A stretch of DNA of 32,000 nt, from the NCBI RefSeq assembly GCF_014280195.1, contig NZ_CP047960.1, positions 1,110,001-1,142,000 of the forward strand, written 5' to 3'. The stretch comes from Synechococcus sp. A15-24 (GTDB lineage Bacteria; Cyanobacteriota; Cyanobacteriia; PCC-6307; Cyanobiaceae). Below are positions 10,521-19,428 of this stretch, piece after piece. Below the pieces are notes generated by a model. That model did no database searches. It saw only the letters and a list, made by a program, of their open reading frames with translations, and was not told the DNA's origin. The stretch's first letter is position 1, and the number at the start of each line of letters is the position of its first letter. The position numbers and the translations under genes are program-made.

Positions 10521-11099
10521 TCAGCTTCCTGTGACGGCCTGGGCTTCCGCCCGCAGGCGTCGCCAGCGGGCATAGAACTGAATGGACGCTGCCATGAACA
10601 CCACCAACGCCACGATGAACCAGGTGGCGGCACCGGTCGGGAACTGGTTTTTGAACACCACCAGCATCACCACAATCACCAACAGCAGCGTCGGCAGTTC
10701 ATTGAGTGCCCGCAGCTGCTTTCCACTCCACCGACAGGTTCCCGCCTGCAGCTGCCCCATCAGTCGATAACAAGCCACGTGATAAGCCAGAAGACCGGCC
10801 ACGAAGGCCAACTTGGCATGCATCCAGCCCTGCTGCAGCCAGCTGGGCTGGGCCACCAAAAGGCCGATGGCCATGGACACCGCCACCACCATCCCCGGAG
10901 TCGTGATGATGTTGGCAAGGCGTTTCTCCATCAGGCTGTACTGATCGCGGAACGGCTGCTGCAGGTCCTCTGCCAGCTCAGCCGTTTCGACGTGATAGAT
11001 GAACAACCGCACCAGATAGAACAATCCGGCGAACCAGACGACAACACCAACGATGTGGAGCGTCTTGAACCAGAGGTAGGCCTCAGGTGGAAGGGTCAT
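10521..11099 (-). CDS. hemJ: HemJ-type protoporphyrinogen IX oxidase (UPF0093 membrane protein)
   Basis: 192 aa with multiple TM helices. The N-terminal WFKTLHIVGVVVWFAGLFYL and AKLAFVAGLLAYH blocks are typical of the slr1790/HemJ family. Confidence 0.85.
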   Translation of the reverse strand: MTLPPEAYLWFKTLHIVGVVVWFAGLFYLVRLFIYHVETAELAEDLQQPFRDQYSLMEKRLANIITTPGMVVAVSMAIGLLVAQPSWLQQGWMHAKLAFVAGLLAYHVACYRLMGQLQAGTCRWSGKQLRALNELPTLLLVIVVMLVVFKNQFPTGAATWFIVALVVFMAASIQFYARWRRLRAEAQAVTGS

Positions 11100-11134
11100 C
11101 AGTGCAACCGTATTGGGGCGACCTTACGCAGGTC

Positions 11135-12622
11135 TCAGGTGAGGCCGTCAAGAAAATCAGCCGCCTTGCGCTGATGCATCAACAGTGTTTCCGGCGCCAT
11201 CCTGTCGAGGTTCCGGGCCATCATCGCCAGCCGGAACTGACTCCTGAAAAAAGTTTCGTGGCGTCGGATGAAACTCCAGAAAAGCCCGTCCCACACCTCA
11301 CACCAAGCACCTTTCCGATAGTCCGACATCTTGCGGACGTAGTTCGAGCCGGACACGTAGGGCTTGGTGGTGAAGATGCCGCCATCGGCGAACTGACTCA
11401 TGCCGTAGACGTTGGGCACCATCACCCAGTCGTAGGCATCAATAAACAGCTCCATGAACCAGCTGTACACCCGCGTGGGGTGAAAGCCACACAGCAGCAT
11501 CACGTTGCCCAGCAGCATCAGCCGTTCGATGTGGTGGCAATAACCCGTGTTCAAGGCATGGCCGATGGCGTCATCAATCGGGGGTAAACCCGTGCTTCCG
11601 GTGTAGAAGGCTTCTGGAATCGGGCGATCCTCCACCTCCCAGAAATTGCCATTGCGCATGGTCACCCCATGGCGTCGATACATGGCAGCCATGAATTCGC
11701 GCCAGCCAATGATTTGGCGGATGAAGCCTTCCAGTGAGTTGAGCGGCACATCGCCAACCTCCGCACGGGCCAGGGTCCGATCCAGCACCTGCTGAGGCGT
11801 CAGCAGACCGATATTCAGCATCGGTGTGAGCACGCCGTGCCACATCACCTCATGCTGCGTGCTGATGGCGTCTTCATAAGCCCCGAACTGAACCAGGCGT
11901 TCGTCAAGGAAGGCGTCGAGCCAGCGGGAGGCTTCCTTGTGGTCAATGGGGTAGTTGAAGCCATTCTGCTTGCCGAGCCCGGGCAGATTCTCCTGCGCCA
12001 GTTGCTGTCGTGCTGTGTCCACCACAGTCGATGGCGTGGCGACGGGTATCGGCGGAACGCTGATGCCTTTGGGCAGTTTCTTGCGGTTGTCAGCATCAAA
12101 ACTCCATTGGCCCCCAATGGGTCGCCCCTCATCGTCCATGAGCACCCCCAGCCGGGTGCGCTGCATCTCGTAGAACTTTGCCATCAAGGGCTTTTTGCCC
12201 GTCCCAAAGTGCTGCTCGAGCACGTCAGCGGGGGTCAACAACATCGGTGTCGGCAGCACCGTCACTCGAAGACCGACACGCTCAGCGAAGGCGTTCAAGC
12301 GACGTTCAAGCCAGTGATCCACCAGGTCAACGAGGTGGACATGGCGATACCCAGCGGAATGCACCAGCTGCAGATGGCCCTGGGTGTCTGGTGCAGCGTC
12401 ATGGCGCTGATGAATCACGTTGAAGCTTCGACCTCGTAGCTGTTCGGCGTAGACCGTCATCGAGGCGCGGTGCAGGAGCCGGCGCTGGTGATGCATGCGC
12501 AGGGGCCATTGCGGATCCGTTCCGAACAGCAACGGGTCTTCGATCAGGGCCACGGTGCGACCGGCCTGAATCGCGGGGTGATCTGCAAACAGCTGATGGG
12601 GAAAGACCAGGGTGATGTCCAC
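11135..12622 (-). CDS. cryptochrome/photolyase-related protein of the CryB/PhrB (FeS-BCP, bacterial 6-4 photolyase) type
   Basis: 495 aa with a GTG start. Family blocks are HHIERLM, GMSQFADGG and KPYVSGSNYVRKMSDY. See the finding on missing cluster cysteines. Confidence 0.9.
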   Translation of the reverse strand: MDITLVFPHQLFADHPAIQAGRTVALIEDPLLFGTDPQWPLRMHHQRRLLHRASMTVYAEQLRGRSFNVIHQRHDAAPDTQGHLQLVHSAGYRHVHLVDLVDHWLERRLNAFAERVGLRVTVLPTPMLLTPADVLEQHFGTGKKPLMAKFYEMQRTRLGVLMDDEGRPIGGQWSFDADNRKKLPKGISVPPIPVATPSTVVDTARQQLAQENLPGLGKQNGFNYPIDHKEASRWLDAFLDERLVQFGAYEDAISTQHEVMWHGVLTPMLNIGLLTPQQVLDRTLARAEVGDVPLNSLEGFIRQIIGWREFMAAMYRRHGVTMRNGNFWEVEDRPIPEAFYTGSTGLPPIDDAIGHALNTGYCHHIERLMLLGNVMLLCGFHPTRVYSWFMELFIDAYDWVMVPNVYGMSQFADGGIFTTKPYVSGSNYVRKMSDYRKGAWCEVWDGLFWSFIRRHETFFRSQFRLAMMARNLDRMAPETLLMHQRKAADFLDGLT

Positions 12623-12910
12623 TTAGCCCGCCTCTCCCGCCAGACGGCAGGCCCGTCGTCCAACGGCCGTGGCATAGCTGCGGTCCACCTGCCCGGCAAA
12701 AGGGCTCAGCACACCTGCACGGCAATCCATCACCACCTTCTCCCTGTGACCCTGCTGGTCGTTGAGCCGCAGAATCAGCTGCCAGTGATTCTTGGCACTG
12801 CGGGTGATGTCATCGGCACAGACAGGGCCGTTGCACAGCCCTGGTGACGCCAGCACCGGTCTCCCAAGGAGTCCGAACAAGCAGTACAACAACAGCAGAC
12901 AACGGATCAT
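12623..12910 (-). CDS. small secreted hypothetical protein (95 aa, signal peptide, 4 Cys in the mature part)
   Basis: Hydrophobic N-terminus [23 protein letters not shown] and good G/C third-position bias. Its ATG overlaps the uvrC stop (ATGA), and its TAA abuts the photolyase GTG. Confidence 0.6.
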   Translation of the reverse strand: MIRCLLLLYCLFGLLGRPVLASPGLCNGPVCADDITRSAKNHWQLILRLNDQQGHREKVVMDCRAGVLSPFAGQVDRSYATAVGRRACRLAGEAG

Positions 12911-14883
12911 GCGGTGTGTGCAGGGGGCTCTTCTGAGCCGTCATCCTGCCCGGCTTCCTCAGCAGGGTGAAAAAACCCATGGATATCCCTGGCCAGAGCT
13001 GGTCCCACACCGGGGGCTTTGGAGAGCACATCCACCGAAGCCAGCTGAATCGCATCGATGGAATGAAAGTGCGCCAGCAGATCCTTCACCCGTTTGGGAC
13101 CAACCCCTGGGATGTCAGAGAGGCGTGAGCGCTTCATTCGCTCACCGCGCTGCTGCCGGTGGAAGCTCACGGCGAATCGATGGGCTTCGTCCCGCAGACG
13201 ACGCAGCAAGGCCACGCCCAGTTGATCCGGCTCGCTCTCCAGTGGCTGACTTTCGCCAGGGAGGAACACCTCCTCCCGCTGTTTGGCCAACGAGCAGACG
13301 TTGAGGTCGTCGTGCAGATCAAGTTCCCGCAGGGCCTCCATCACCGCAGAGAGTTGTCCTTTGCCGCCATCGATCATCACTACATCAGGCCAGTCGTTGA
13401 GGCCGTCGGTCTGCAGGGCACTTCCACCTTTGTGGCGCAGGGCACCCACATCAACACCATCAGCCTTGGCGCGGGCCCAACGCCGGAAACGCCGGCGCAT
13501 GATCTCGGCCATGGCCATGAAGTCATCGCTGTGACCGGATTGGATGCTGCTGCTACGGATCTTGTATTTGCGGTAGTGCTGCTTGGCGGGCAATCCATCG
13601 ATGAACACCACCTGAGAGGCAACGGCATCGCTGCCCTGGATGTGACTGATGTCGTAGCCCTCGATCCGTCGCGGCGGCGTCGGCAGCTCCAGCAGCTGAG
13701 CCAGATCCTCGGTGGCTAGAGCTTGCTGCTCCTGCCCCTGCTTGGCCCGCAGCAGTTCGAATTCCGCGTTCCGCTGAACCAGTTCGATCAGGTCTGCCTT
13801 CTGCCGCTGTTTCGGACAGTGGATCTGCACCTTGCGTTCCCGTTGTTCCGTCAGCCAGTCCTCAAGAAGCTGCTGTTGCGGAAGAGCGTGTTGGACCAAC
13901 AACTCCGGCGGCACTTCAACCGCATCGACCTGGGAGTAGTGCTCTTCAATCACCCGTTGCAGAATCAGACCCGGTGCCAGAGCTGAGGCATCGGCGGTGT
14001 AACCAAGCCGCCCCACAAGTTTTCCGGCGCGCATCTGGAACAGCTGCACAGTGGCCAGACGGTCGTCGCAGGCCAGGGCCAGCACATCCCGACTGACGCT
14101 GGAGTCGGGAAGACTCATCTTCTGATCAGCCGTCAACTGGTCGAGCCCCTGGAGCTGGTCGCGGACCCGGGCGGCGGCTTCAAAGTCAAGACGTTCGGCG
14201 TAGCGGTTCATCTGCTCGTCGAGCAGACGCTGCAGTTCATCGCTGCGCCCTTGAAACACCATGGCCACCTTGCGCAGGGTTCGGTGGTAGTCCTCAGAGG
14301 TGATCTTTTCCTGGCAAACCCCTGGACAGCGACCAATGCTGTAGTTGAGGCAAGTGCGGTCGGGATGCAACGGTCGCGGTCGCTGTCGCAAAGGAAAGAC
14401 CCTCTTCACCAGAAACAAGGTGCGCCGCAGCAGTCCGACGTCGACGTAGGGCCCGTAGAAGCGATCGAGGGGGCTGCGGAATCGGCGGCGGCGCGTGATG
14501 AAGATGCGTGGATAGGCCTCACTCCAGGTGATGCAGAGGTACGGGTATTTCTTGTCGTCCTTCAGCAGCACATTGAAGTGCGGCTGATGGTTCTTGATCA
14601 AGTTGGATTCAAGGGCCAGAGCCTCCGCTTCGCTGTCGGTCACGATGAATTCGATCTCGCAAACCTGCCGCGTCATCAGGCGGATGCGCGGCGACAGATC
14701 ATGCCGATTGCGGAAATAGCTGCGGACCCGGCTGCGCAGCGATTTGGACTTGCCCACGTAGAGGATCCTGTCCTCCCCGTCGCGCATCAGGTAGCAACCC
14801 GGCTCCGGCGGAATCTCCTTCAGCCGACGCTCAAGCACCTCCGGCTGCGTGAGCAGCGGCGGCATGGTCAGAAAGTCCGCCAA
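12907..14883 (-). CDS. uvrC: excinuclease ABC subunit C
   Basis: 658 aa with a GIY-YIG N-terminus ([29 protein letters not shown]), a UVR domain, an endonuclease V-like region and a C-terminal HhH2 ([13 protein letters not shown]). Confidence 0.96.
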   Translation of the reverse strand: MADFLTMPPLLTQPEVLERRLKEIPPEPGCYLMRDGEDRILYVGKSKSLRSRVRSYFRNRHDLSPRIRLMTRQVCEIEFIVTDSEAEALALESNLIKNHQPHFNVLLKDDKKYPYLCITWSEAYPRIFITRRRRFRSPLDRFYGPYVDVGLLRRTLFLVKRVFPLRQRPRPLHPDRTCLNYSIGRCPGVCQEKITSEDYHRTLRKVAMVFQGRSDELQRLLDEQMNRYAERLDFEAAARVRDQLQGLDQLTADQKMSLPDSSVSRDVLALACDDRLATVQLFQMRAGKLVGRLGYTADASALAPGLILQRVIEEHYSQVDAVEVPPELLVQHALPQQQLLEDWLTEQRERKVQIHCPKQRQKADLIELVQRNAEFELLRAKQGQEQQALATEDLAQLLELPTPPRRIEGYDISHIQGSDAVASQVVFIDGLPAKQHYRKYKIRSSSIQSGHSDDFMAMAEIMRRRFRRWARAKADGVDVGALRHKGGSALQTDGLNDWPDVVMIDGGKGQLSAVMEALRELDLHDDLNVCSLAKQREEVFLPGESQPLESEPDQLGVALLRRLRDEAHRFAVSFHRQQRGERMKRSRLSDIPGVGPKRVKDLLAHFHSIDAIQLASVDVLSKAPGVGPALARDIHGFFHPAEEAGQDDGSEEPPAHTA

Positions 14884-14890
14884 CGATCGC

Positions 14891-15373
14891 TCAACCGCCG
14901 TAGTTCCATCCGGTGCTGGCCATGGTCAGAGCCTCACCGTCCTCCAGCAATCGAGCGGTTTTGACCTCGCCAACGAACACCGTGTGATCACCGTGCTGGA
15001 TCTGACCCACCAGCTCACACTCGACGCCGCCGATCACCCCATCCAGCAGGGGCAGCCCAAGAGGACCGTCCTGGAATGGTGCTGCATCAAAGCGACCTCC
15101 GAGTCCTTTCTGGGGCTTGAAAAACACCGCAGCCAGATCTTTTTGATCGGCTTTCAGCATGTTGAGCGAGAACCGTTTGGTGCGTTCGATGATTCCGTGG
15201 CTGGTGCTGTCAGCCCGTACGCCCATCACTACCAAGGGGGGCTCAAAGGATCCCTGGGTCACCCAGCTGGCGGTGAAACCATTCACCTCATCGCCCTCTC
15301 GCACGCCACAGACGAACAGGCCGTGGGGAATTTTGCGCAGCAGCACCTTCTTGGCGTCGGCGTCGAGGCTCAT
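14891..15373 (-). CDS. flavin reductase-like (FMN-binding split-barrel) domain protein
   Basis: 160 aa. The segment [38 protein letters not shown] is typical of the flavin reductase/DIM6-NTAB family. Confidence 0.82.
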   Translation of the reverse strand: MSLDADAKKVLLRKIPHGLFVCGVREGDEVNGFTASWVTQGSFEPPLVVMGVRADSTSHGIIERTKRFSLNMLKADQKDLAAVFFKPQKGLGGRFDAAPFQDGPLGLPLLDGVIGGVECELVGQIQHGDHTVFVGEVKTARLLEDGEALTMASTGWNYGG

Positions 15374-15446
15374 CGGTCATCCAGCGTTGCGGGAAATCTA
15401 GAGATCAAACCGATGCATAGGATCACTTCAGTCCGGGGTTCTGCGG

Positions 15447-15938
15447 ATGAGGGCGCTCTACCCGGGAAGTTTTGATCCTTTGACCAATGGCCACATGGAT
15501 CTGATCGAGCGGGCCGTTGCCCTGTTCGGGCAGGTCACTGTGGCTGTGCTGTCGAATCCCAACAAAAGACCTGCCTTCAGTGTCGATCAGCGCATCGGTC
15601 AGATTCAATCCGCGACCCGTCACCTGAACGGCATTGACGTGGTCAGCTTTGACGGCTTGACCGTCCACTGCGCCGTCACCCATCAAGCCGATCTCATCCT
15701 GCGTGGACTACGAGCGATGAGCGACTTCGAATACGAGCTACAGATCGCCCACACCAATCGATCACTGGCCGAAGATTTGGAGACGGTCTTCCTGGCGACA
15801 TCGACCCGTCACAGCTTCCTCAGCAGCTCTGTGGTGAAAGAGGTGGCTCGTTTCGGCGGCCCTGTGGATCACATGGTCCCCAAGGAGGTAGCCAAGGACC
15901 TGAACAGGCTCTTTAATTCGGCTTTCCCACCCCGGTGA
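15447..15938 (+). CDS. coaD: phosphopantetheine adenylyltransferase
   Basis: 163 aa. The N-terminus ([19 protein letters not shown]) carries the nucleotidyltransferase T/HxGH motif. Confidence 0.95.
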   Translation: MRALYPGSFDPLTNGHMDLIERAVALFGQVTVAVLSNPNKRPAFSVDQRIGQIQSATRHLNGIDVVSFDGLTVHCAVTHQADLILRGLRAMSDFEYELQIAHTNRSLAEDLETVFLATSTRHSFLSSSVVKEVARFGGPVDHMVPKEVAKDLNRLFNSAFPPR

Positions 15939-15939
15939 C

Positions 15940-16869
15940 ATGAGCGACGCTCGCCTCGCTGTCCTCGACCATCTGGATCAACTGGAGGATGTCCTTCTCG
16001 AGGGAAGTCGTATTCCATTCAGTGGCGGGCGTCTGGTCAACGAGGGTGATGCCGTAGAAGTGCTCGACGCAGTGCGCGAGACCCTGCCGAAGGAGGTCGA
16101 ACGCGCTGCCCAGTTGCTGGAGCGACGCGAGGAATTCATCAACACGGCCAAGCAGCAGGCGGACGAGATCGTTCAGCAGGCCAAACGGCAGCACGAGCAG
16201 TTGGTCAGCACCGCCTCGGTCCGACAGGAAGCGGAGCGTCAGGTGCTAGAGCTGCGCGAACAGACACGCCAGCAATGCGAGCAACTGCTGCAGTCGACGC
16301 GACAGCAGGGCGCCCAACTGGAGCAGGAGATGCAAAGCAAGCTGGCGCAGCAGGAGCAGCAGTTCGCTGCACGCCGTCAGCAGTTGGAACAGGAAGCTCA
16401 GCAGCGCCGTCAGCAGTTGGAGCAAGACGCTGCCGAGATCAAGCGTCAACACGCCGAGCAGCATGAGGCCAGCCGTCAGCAGGCCCTGCAGGAGTTGGAG
16501 ACCATTCGACGCGAGGGTTTGCGCCTGAAGAGTGAGAGCCGTGAGGAAGCCGAGCGGCTGCACAACGATGCATTGCAGTTCCGCCAACAGACCCAGCAAC
16601 AATGTGAGGGCCTGATTCAACGCAGCCGTAAGGAGGCTGCCGCTGTTCAAGATGGAGCCAACCGTTATGCGGAACAGACCCTTGGCGAACTGGAAGTTCG
16701 ACTCAAGGAAATGGCTCAGGTGGTGATGGCAGGCCGCCAGGAACTGGTCAAGATCAAGACCATCAGCAGTGATGGCCCCAAAGCTGACGACAGCGAGGGC
16801 AAAACTGTTCCGATCAGCCGTGGACGTCGGGCCGCATCCCGACTGCGTTCCATGAAGGGCACCGGCTGA
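15940..16869 (+). CDS. Q/E/R-rich coiled-coil protein of unknown function (309 aa)
   Basis: Starts 1 nt after the coaD TGA (TGAcATG). It has a small N-terminal globular segment followed by a long heptad-like Q/E/R-rich region with an internal duplication. I did not recognise an enzymatic motif. Confidence 0.75.
   Translation: MSDARLAVLDHLDQLEDVLLEGSRIPFSGGRLVNEGDAVEVLDAVRETLPKEVERAAQLLERREEFINTAKQQADEIVQQAKRQHEQLVSTASVRQEAERQVLELREQTRQQCEQLLQSTRQQGAQLEQEMQSKLAQQEQQFAARRQQLEQEAQQRRQQLEQDAAEIKRQHAEQHEASRQQALQELETIRREGLRLKSESREEAERLHNDALQFRQQTQQQCEGLIQRSRKEAAAVQDGANRYAEQTLGELEVRLKEMAQVVMAGRQELVKIKTISSDGPKADDSEGKTVPISRGRRAASRLRSMKGTG
16372..16437 (+). repeat. 2 x 33-nt in-frame tandem repeat inside the coiled-coil gene
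   Basis: The string cgccgtcagcagttgga starts at 16372 and again at 16405. The two copies encode RRQQLEQEAQQ and RRQQLEQDAAE. Confidence 0.8.
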
Positions 16870-18130
16870 TTCGCTGGACGGCCAGCAGCACGTCGCCCAT
16901 GACACCCCGAGGGGATGCCGCGCTGTTAGCAATCATGCTGACGTACCGGGGCCCATTGGAAGTCTTCAAGATTCCGCTCAAGGAACTCACCCCTCGCAGG
17001 GTGCCCGTTTTTCCCCAGAACTGACCGGTGAGAGGGGTTCCGCGCTGGAAGCGCCAGAGCGTTCCACGGCGGCCCGCAATCGCCATTGATGCTTGGTAAA
17101 AAGCACCGTATGGGTGCTGCGCCATGCGCCACAGCAGGGTCGACAACGTTCTGCTCGTGACCCGATTGCCTCGGGAAAGGCCACTTCCATCCCTGATGCG
17201 AAGTCCCTGGATGGGAATGCCCTGAGCCTGAAGCCAGCGCGTGTTGGCCACAGAGGCCTCAGCCACATCCCAGTTGTCTGCCGCCTCACGCATGAGCACC
17301 TCGGCAGTGAAGTTATGGCTCTCGGTGTTGGCCAGACTCAGCAGCCCATGCATGGGTGCTGACAGCTCGCTGTGGATCACCACAGGGTCCTCTGCCTTGG
17401 TGCGAGAGAGAGCAGCTTCCCTTTGCTCGGGATTCACCCTCACCAGCCGAAGGCTTCCGCCCTGTTGGCTGACCGTTGTCGACAACACCCGCTCCAGCCG
17501 TCGGGCAGGATCCATCACCGCCATGTGCAGCGCATTGCTGGTGAGCGCGAGGCGGGTGATCGGTGCTCCGTAGGCGTAGCTGCGGTCGTCTGACGGCCAG
17601 TCGCTGGGCCACCAGCGCTGAGGTGGCTCCTCCCGCACCATCAGCTGCAGTGGAGTTTCAGCCGAAACTGATGAACGAGACCCACCACGGCCCAGAGCCA
17701 CCATGGCGAAACGTTGGATCTCGGCGATGCTGAGATCAGGGTCCCCCTCGCCGACGATCTCGAGACTGCCGTCGCTGTGGCGCAGCAACTGGGTCTTCAG
17801 ACGGAAATCGGGCCCGAGGCGATCGAGAGCAAAGGCAGAACTGATCAGTTTTTGATTGGAGGCGGGAATCCTGGGCAGCCACCCGTTGATGTCCGCCAGC
17901 AGTTGGCCGCGTTCGTCAAGAACGCTGATGCTCCAGGGAGCTGTGCTGGAGCCGAGGGACCCCTCGACGGCTTGCTGCAACGCCGGGCAAAGCGGACGTT
18001 GTGCAGGGCCAGGCAGTCCCTGACGGCTGTTGGGGGCGATGGGTTGCAGGAGGCGTTCGCTGCTATGGACCGCAGAGCTTGCGCTGAGCAGCAACAACGT
18101 CAGAGCCGGGGTGATCCAACGCTGACTCAT
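16814..18130 (-). CDS. dacB: D-alanyl-D-alanine carboxypeptidase/endopeptidase (PBP4, peptidase S13)
   Basis: 438 aa with a signal peptide, an SxxK motif (PASNQK), DGSGLSRGN and KTG (GKTGTL). Confidence 0.88.
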   Translation of the reverse strand: MSQRWITPALTLLLLSASSAVHSSERLLQPIAPNSRQGLPGPAQRPLCPALQQAVEGSLGSSTAPWSISVLDERGQLLADINGWLPRIPASNQKLISSAFALDRLGPDFRLKTQLLRHSDGSLEIVGEGDPDLSIAEIQRFAMVALGRGGSRSSVSAETPLQLMVREEPPQRWWPSDWPSDDRSYAYGAPITRLALTSNALHMAVMDPARRLERVLSTTVSQQGGSLRLVRVNPEQREAALSRTKAEDPVVIHSELSAPMHGLLSLANTESHNFTAEVLMREAADNWDVAEASVANTRWLQAQGIPIQGLRIRDGSGLSRGNRVTSRTLSTLLWRMAQHPYGAFYQASMAIAGRRGTLWRFQRGTPLTGQFWGKTGTLRGVSSLSGILKTSNGPRYVSMIANSAASPRGVMGDVLLAVQRISRCPSWNAVGMRPDVHG

Positions 18131-18636
18131 GGAATGGTCACGCCACTCACGGACCCATTCACGCGGTAGAGCCGCCCTTCGAGCTCCACGGCACTGCCGA
18201 TCTTGAGTTTGGTGCCACCGAAGACGACACCGGATGGTCCTGTCTCAGCCTCGGCCTTGAGGCGGAAGCGGGCATGCAAACCTCGCGCCGGGCTGGTGTC
18301 TTCAGCCTCGAGAACAGTTCCATTCGGGAGGAGTTGAGTCAGGGGGCGACTGATGTCTTCAACCGACATCAGCCCGACGCGCCCTGCCGGCTGGTTGCGA
18401 ATCACAATGCTGACGGCCCCTTCCTCACGAATGGCCTCTAACAACGCCTCCGAATCGGCCACCTGCAGGTGACGCACGTCCACACTCACCTCAACCGGCT
18501 TGACAGAGCCCGTCGCACGGGCCACGGCGTTGGTCAATTTGGGCGACCAGACCACGCCAGCCAATGCGACGACAGTCGCGGTGATCGCCAAGCCATCGAG
18601 AAGCATGATGGAGCTGAGTGAGAACCGTCTCTGCAT
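18127..18636 (-). CDS. DUF4330-like membrane-anchored protein
   Basis: 169 aa with one N-terminal TM helix (IMLLDGLAITATVVALAGVVW) followed by a beta-rich region. The stop overlaps the dacB ATG (ATGA). The family name is from memory only. Confidence 0.62.
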   Translation of the reverse strand: MQRRFSLSSIMLLDGLAITATVVALAGVVWSPKLTNAVARATGSVKPVEVSVDVRHLQVADSEALLEAIREEGAVSIVIRNQPAGRVGLMSVEDISRPLTQLLPNGTVLEAEDTSPARGLHARFRLKAEAETGPSGVVFGGTKLKIGSAVELEGRLYRVNGSVSGVTIP

Positions 18637-18693
18637 GGGATCACTGCTTCGTGACGAACCTTACGGAGAGCTTGTGGTCGGATCAAGCAATTG

Positions 18694-19395
18694 TCAGCTG
18701 CGCAGGCCGTCGATGAATCTATCCACGCTGCTGAGCTGTTGTTTGAGGCTGTCCGGATCTTCACCGGCCAAGAGCGCGGCGATTTGCTCAGGATCCGGTC
18801 GACTCTCCATCGACGCCAGGTGGCGGTACCCATCGTTGTCCAGTCGGTAGAGGGACCAGTCGTCCGGGAACATCCGCATCAGTGCACCGCCCTCCAGCGG
18901 CTGTAGCCAATACGCCTGTTGCCAGGACGACACAAAGCCCCGACGCCGTTCGCGGGCCACACTGCCGATTCCCACAGCGGCATCCTCCAACCGGCCGTTG
19001 AGCATCACCACCGAGCCGCGATGGTCCTGACAAATGGCCATGAACTGTTCGTAATCCGAAGGTTGCGGGCCGACCGTCAACACCACTCCATCGACGTCTC
19101 CAGCAGCTGACCACTGGTTGAAATCAAGAATGCTGTCGGCCAGATCGGCTGCATCACGGCGCGCCAGTGCGGCAGCCCCGGCATCCGGCCAGAGCAATCG
19201 ACAGGATGCATCCAGGGAGCGAAGGTTTTGAAACAGCCGCAGGGCAACTGGGAGCACCCGCAGATTTTCAAAACGTAGGGTTGCGCCCCATCGAGCCCCT
19301 TTGCCTGAGGCCAAGGCTGCCTTGAGAGCGTTGAGCAGATCGGCTTCGGCAGTCTGCAAATCGGCGGGAAGGCTGGCCTTCTGAGCTTCAGACAC
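18694..19395 (-). CDS. DUF1995-like protein (cyanobacteria/plastid lineage)
   Basis: 233 aa with a GTG start. The N-terminal LPADL...AL..G..R pattern followed by a Rossmann-like alternation resembles DUF1995. The family name is from memory only. Confidence 0.62.
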   Translation of the reverse strand: MSEAQKASLPADLQTAEADLLNALKAALASGKGARWGATLRFENLRVLPVALRLFQNLRSLDASCRLLWPDAGAAALARRDAADLADSILDFNQWSAAGDVDGVVLTVGPQPSDYEQFMAICQDHRGSVVMLNGRLEDAAVGIGSVARERRRGFVSSWQQAYWLQPLEGGALMRMFPDDWSLYRLDNDGYRHLASMESRPDPEQIAALLAGEDPDSLKQQLSSVDRFIDGLRS

Positions 19396-19428
19396 GTCTG
19401 CTGATCAATCGGATTGGGCTCCAGCCTC

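Noticed and set aside
10440-11174. 244-aa plus-strand ORF with H/Q-rich runs (HHQHHHNHQQQ) antisense to hemJ and the PHP gene
   Set aside because: The His/Gln run is the reverse-complement reading of the Val/Leu/Met-rich TM helices of HemJ. Both minus-strand genes have clear family signatures.
16246-16932. 228-aa Leu-rich minus-strand ORF antisense to the coiled-coil gene
   Set aside because: The Leu-rich composition is the trivial complement of the CAG/GAG-rich (Q/E) sense strand (CAG becomes CTG). The sense ORF is coupled to coaD.
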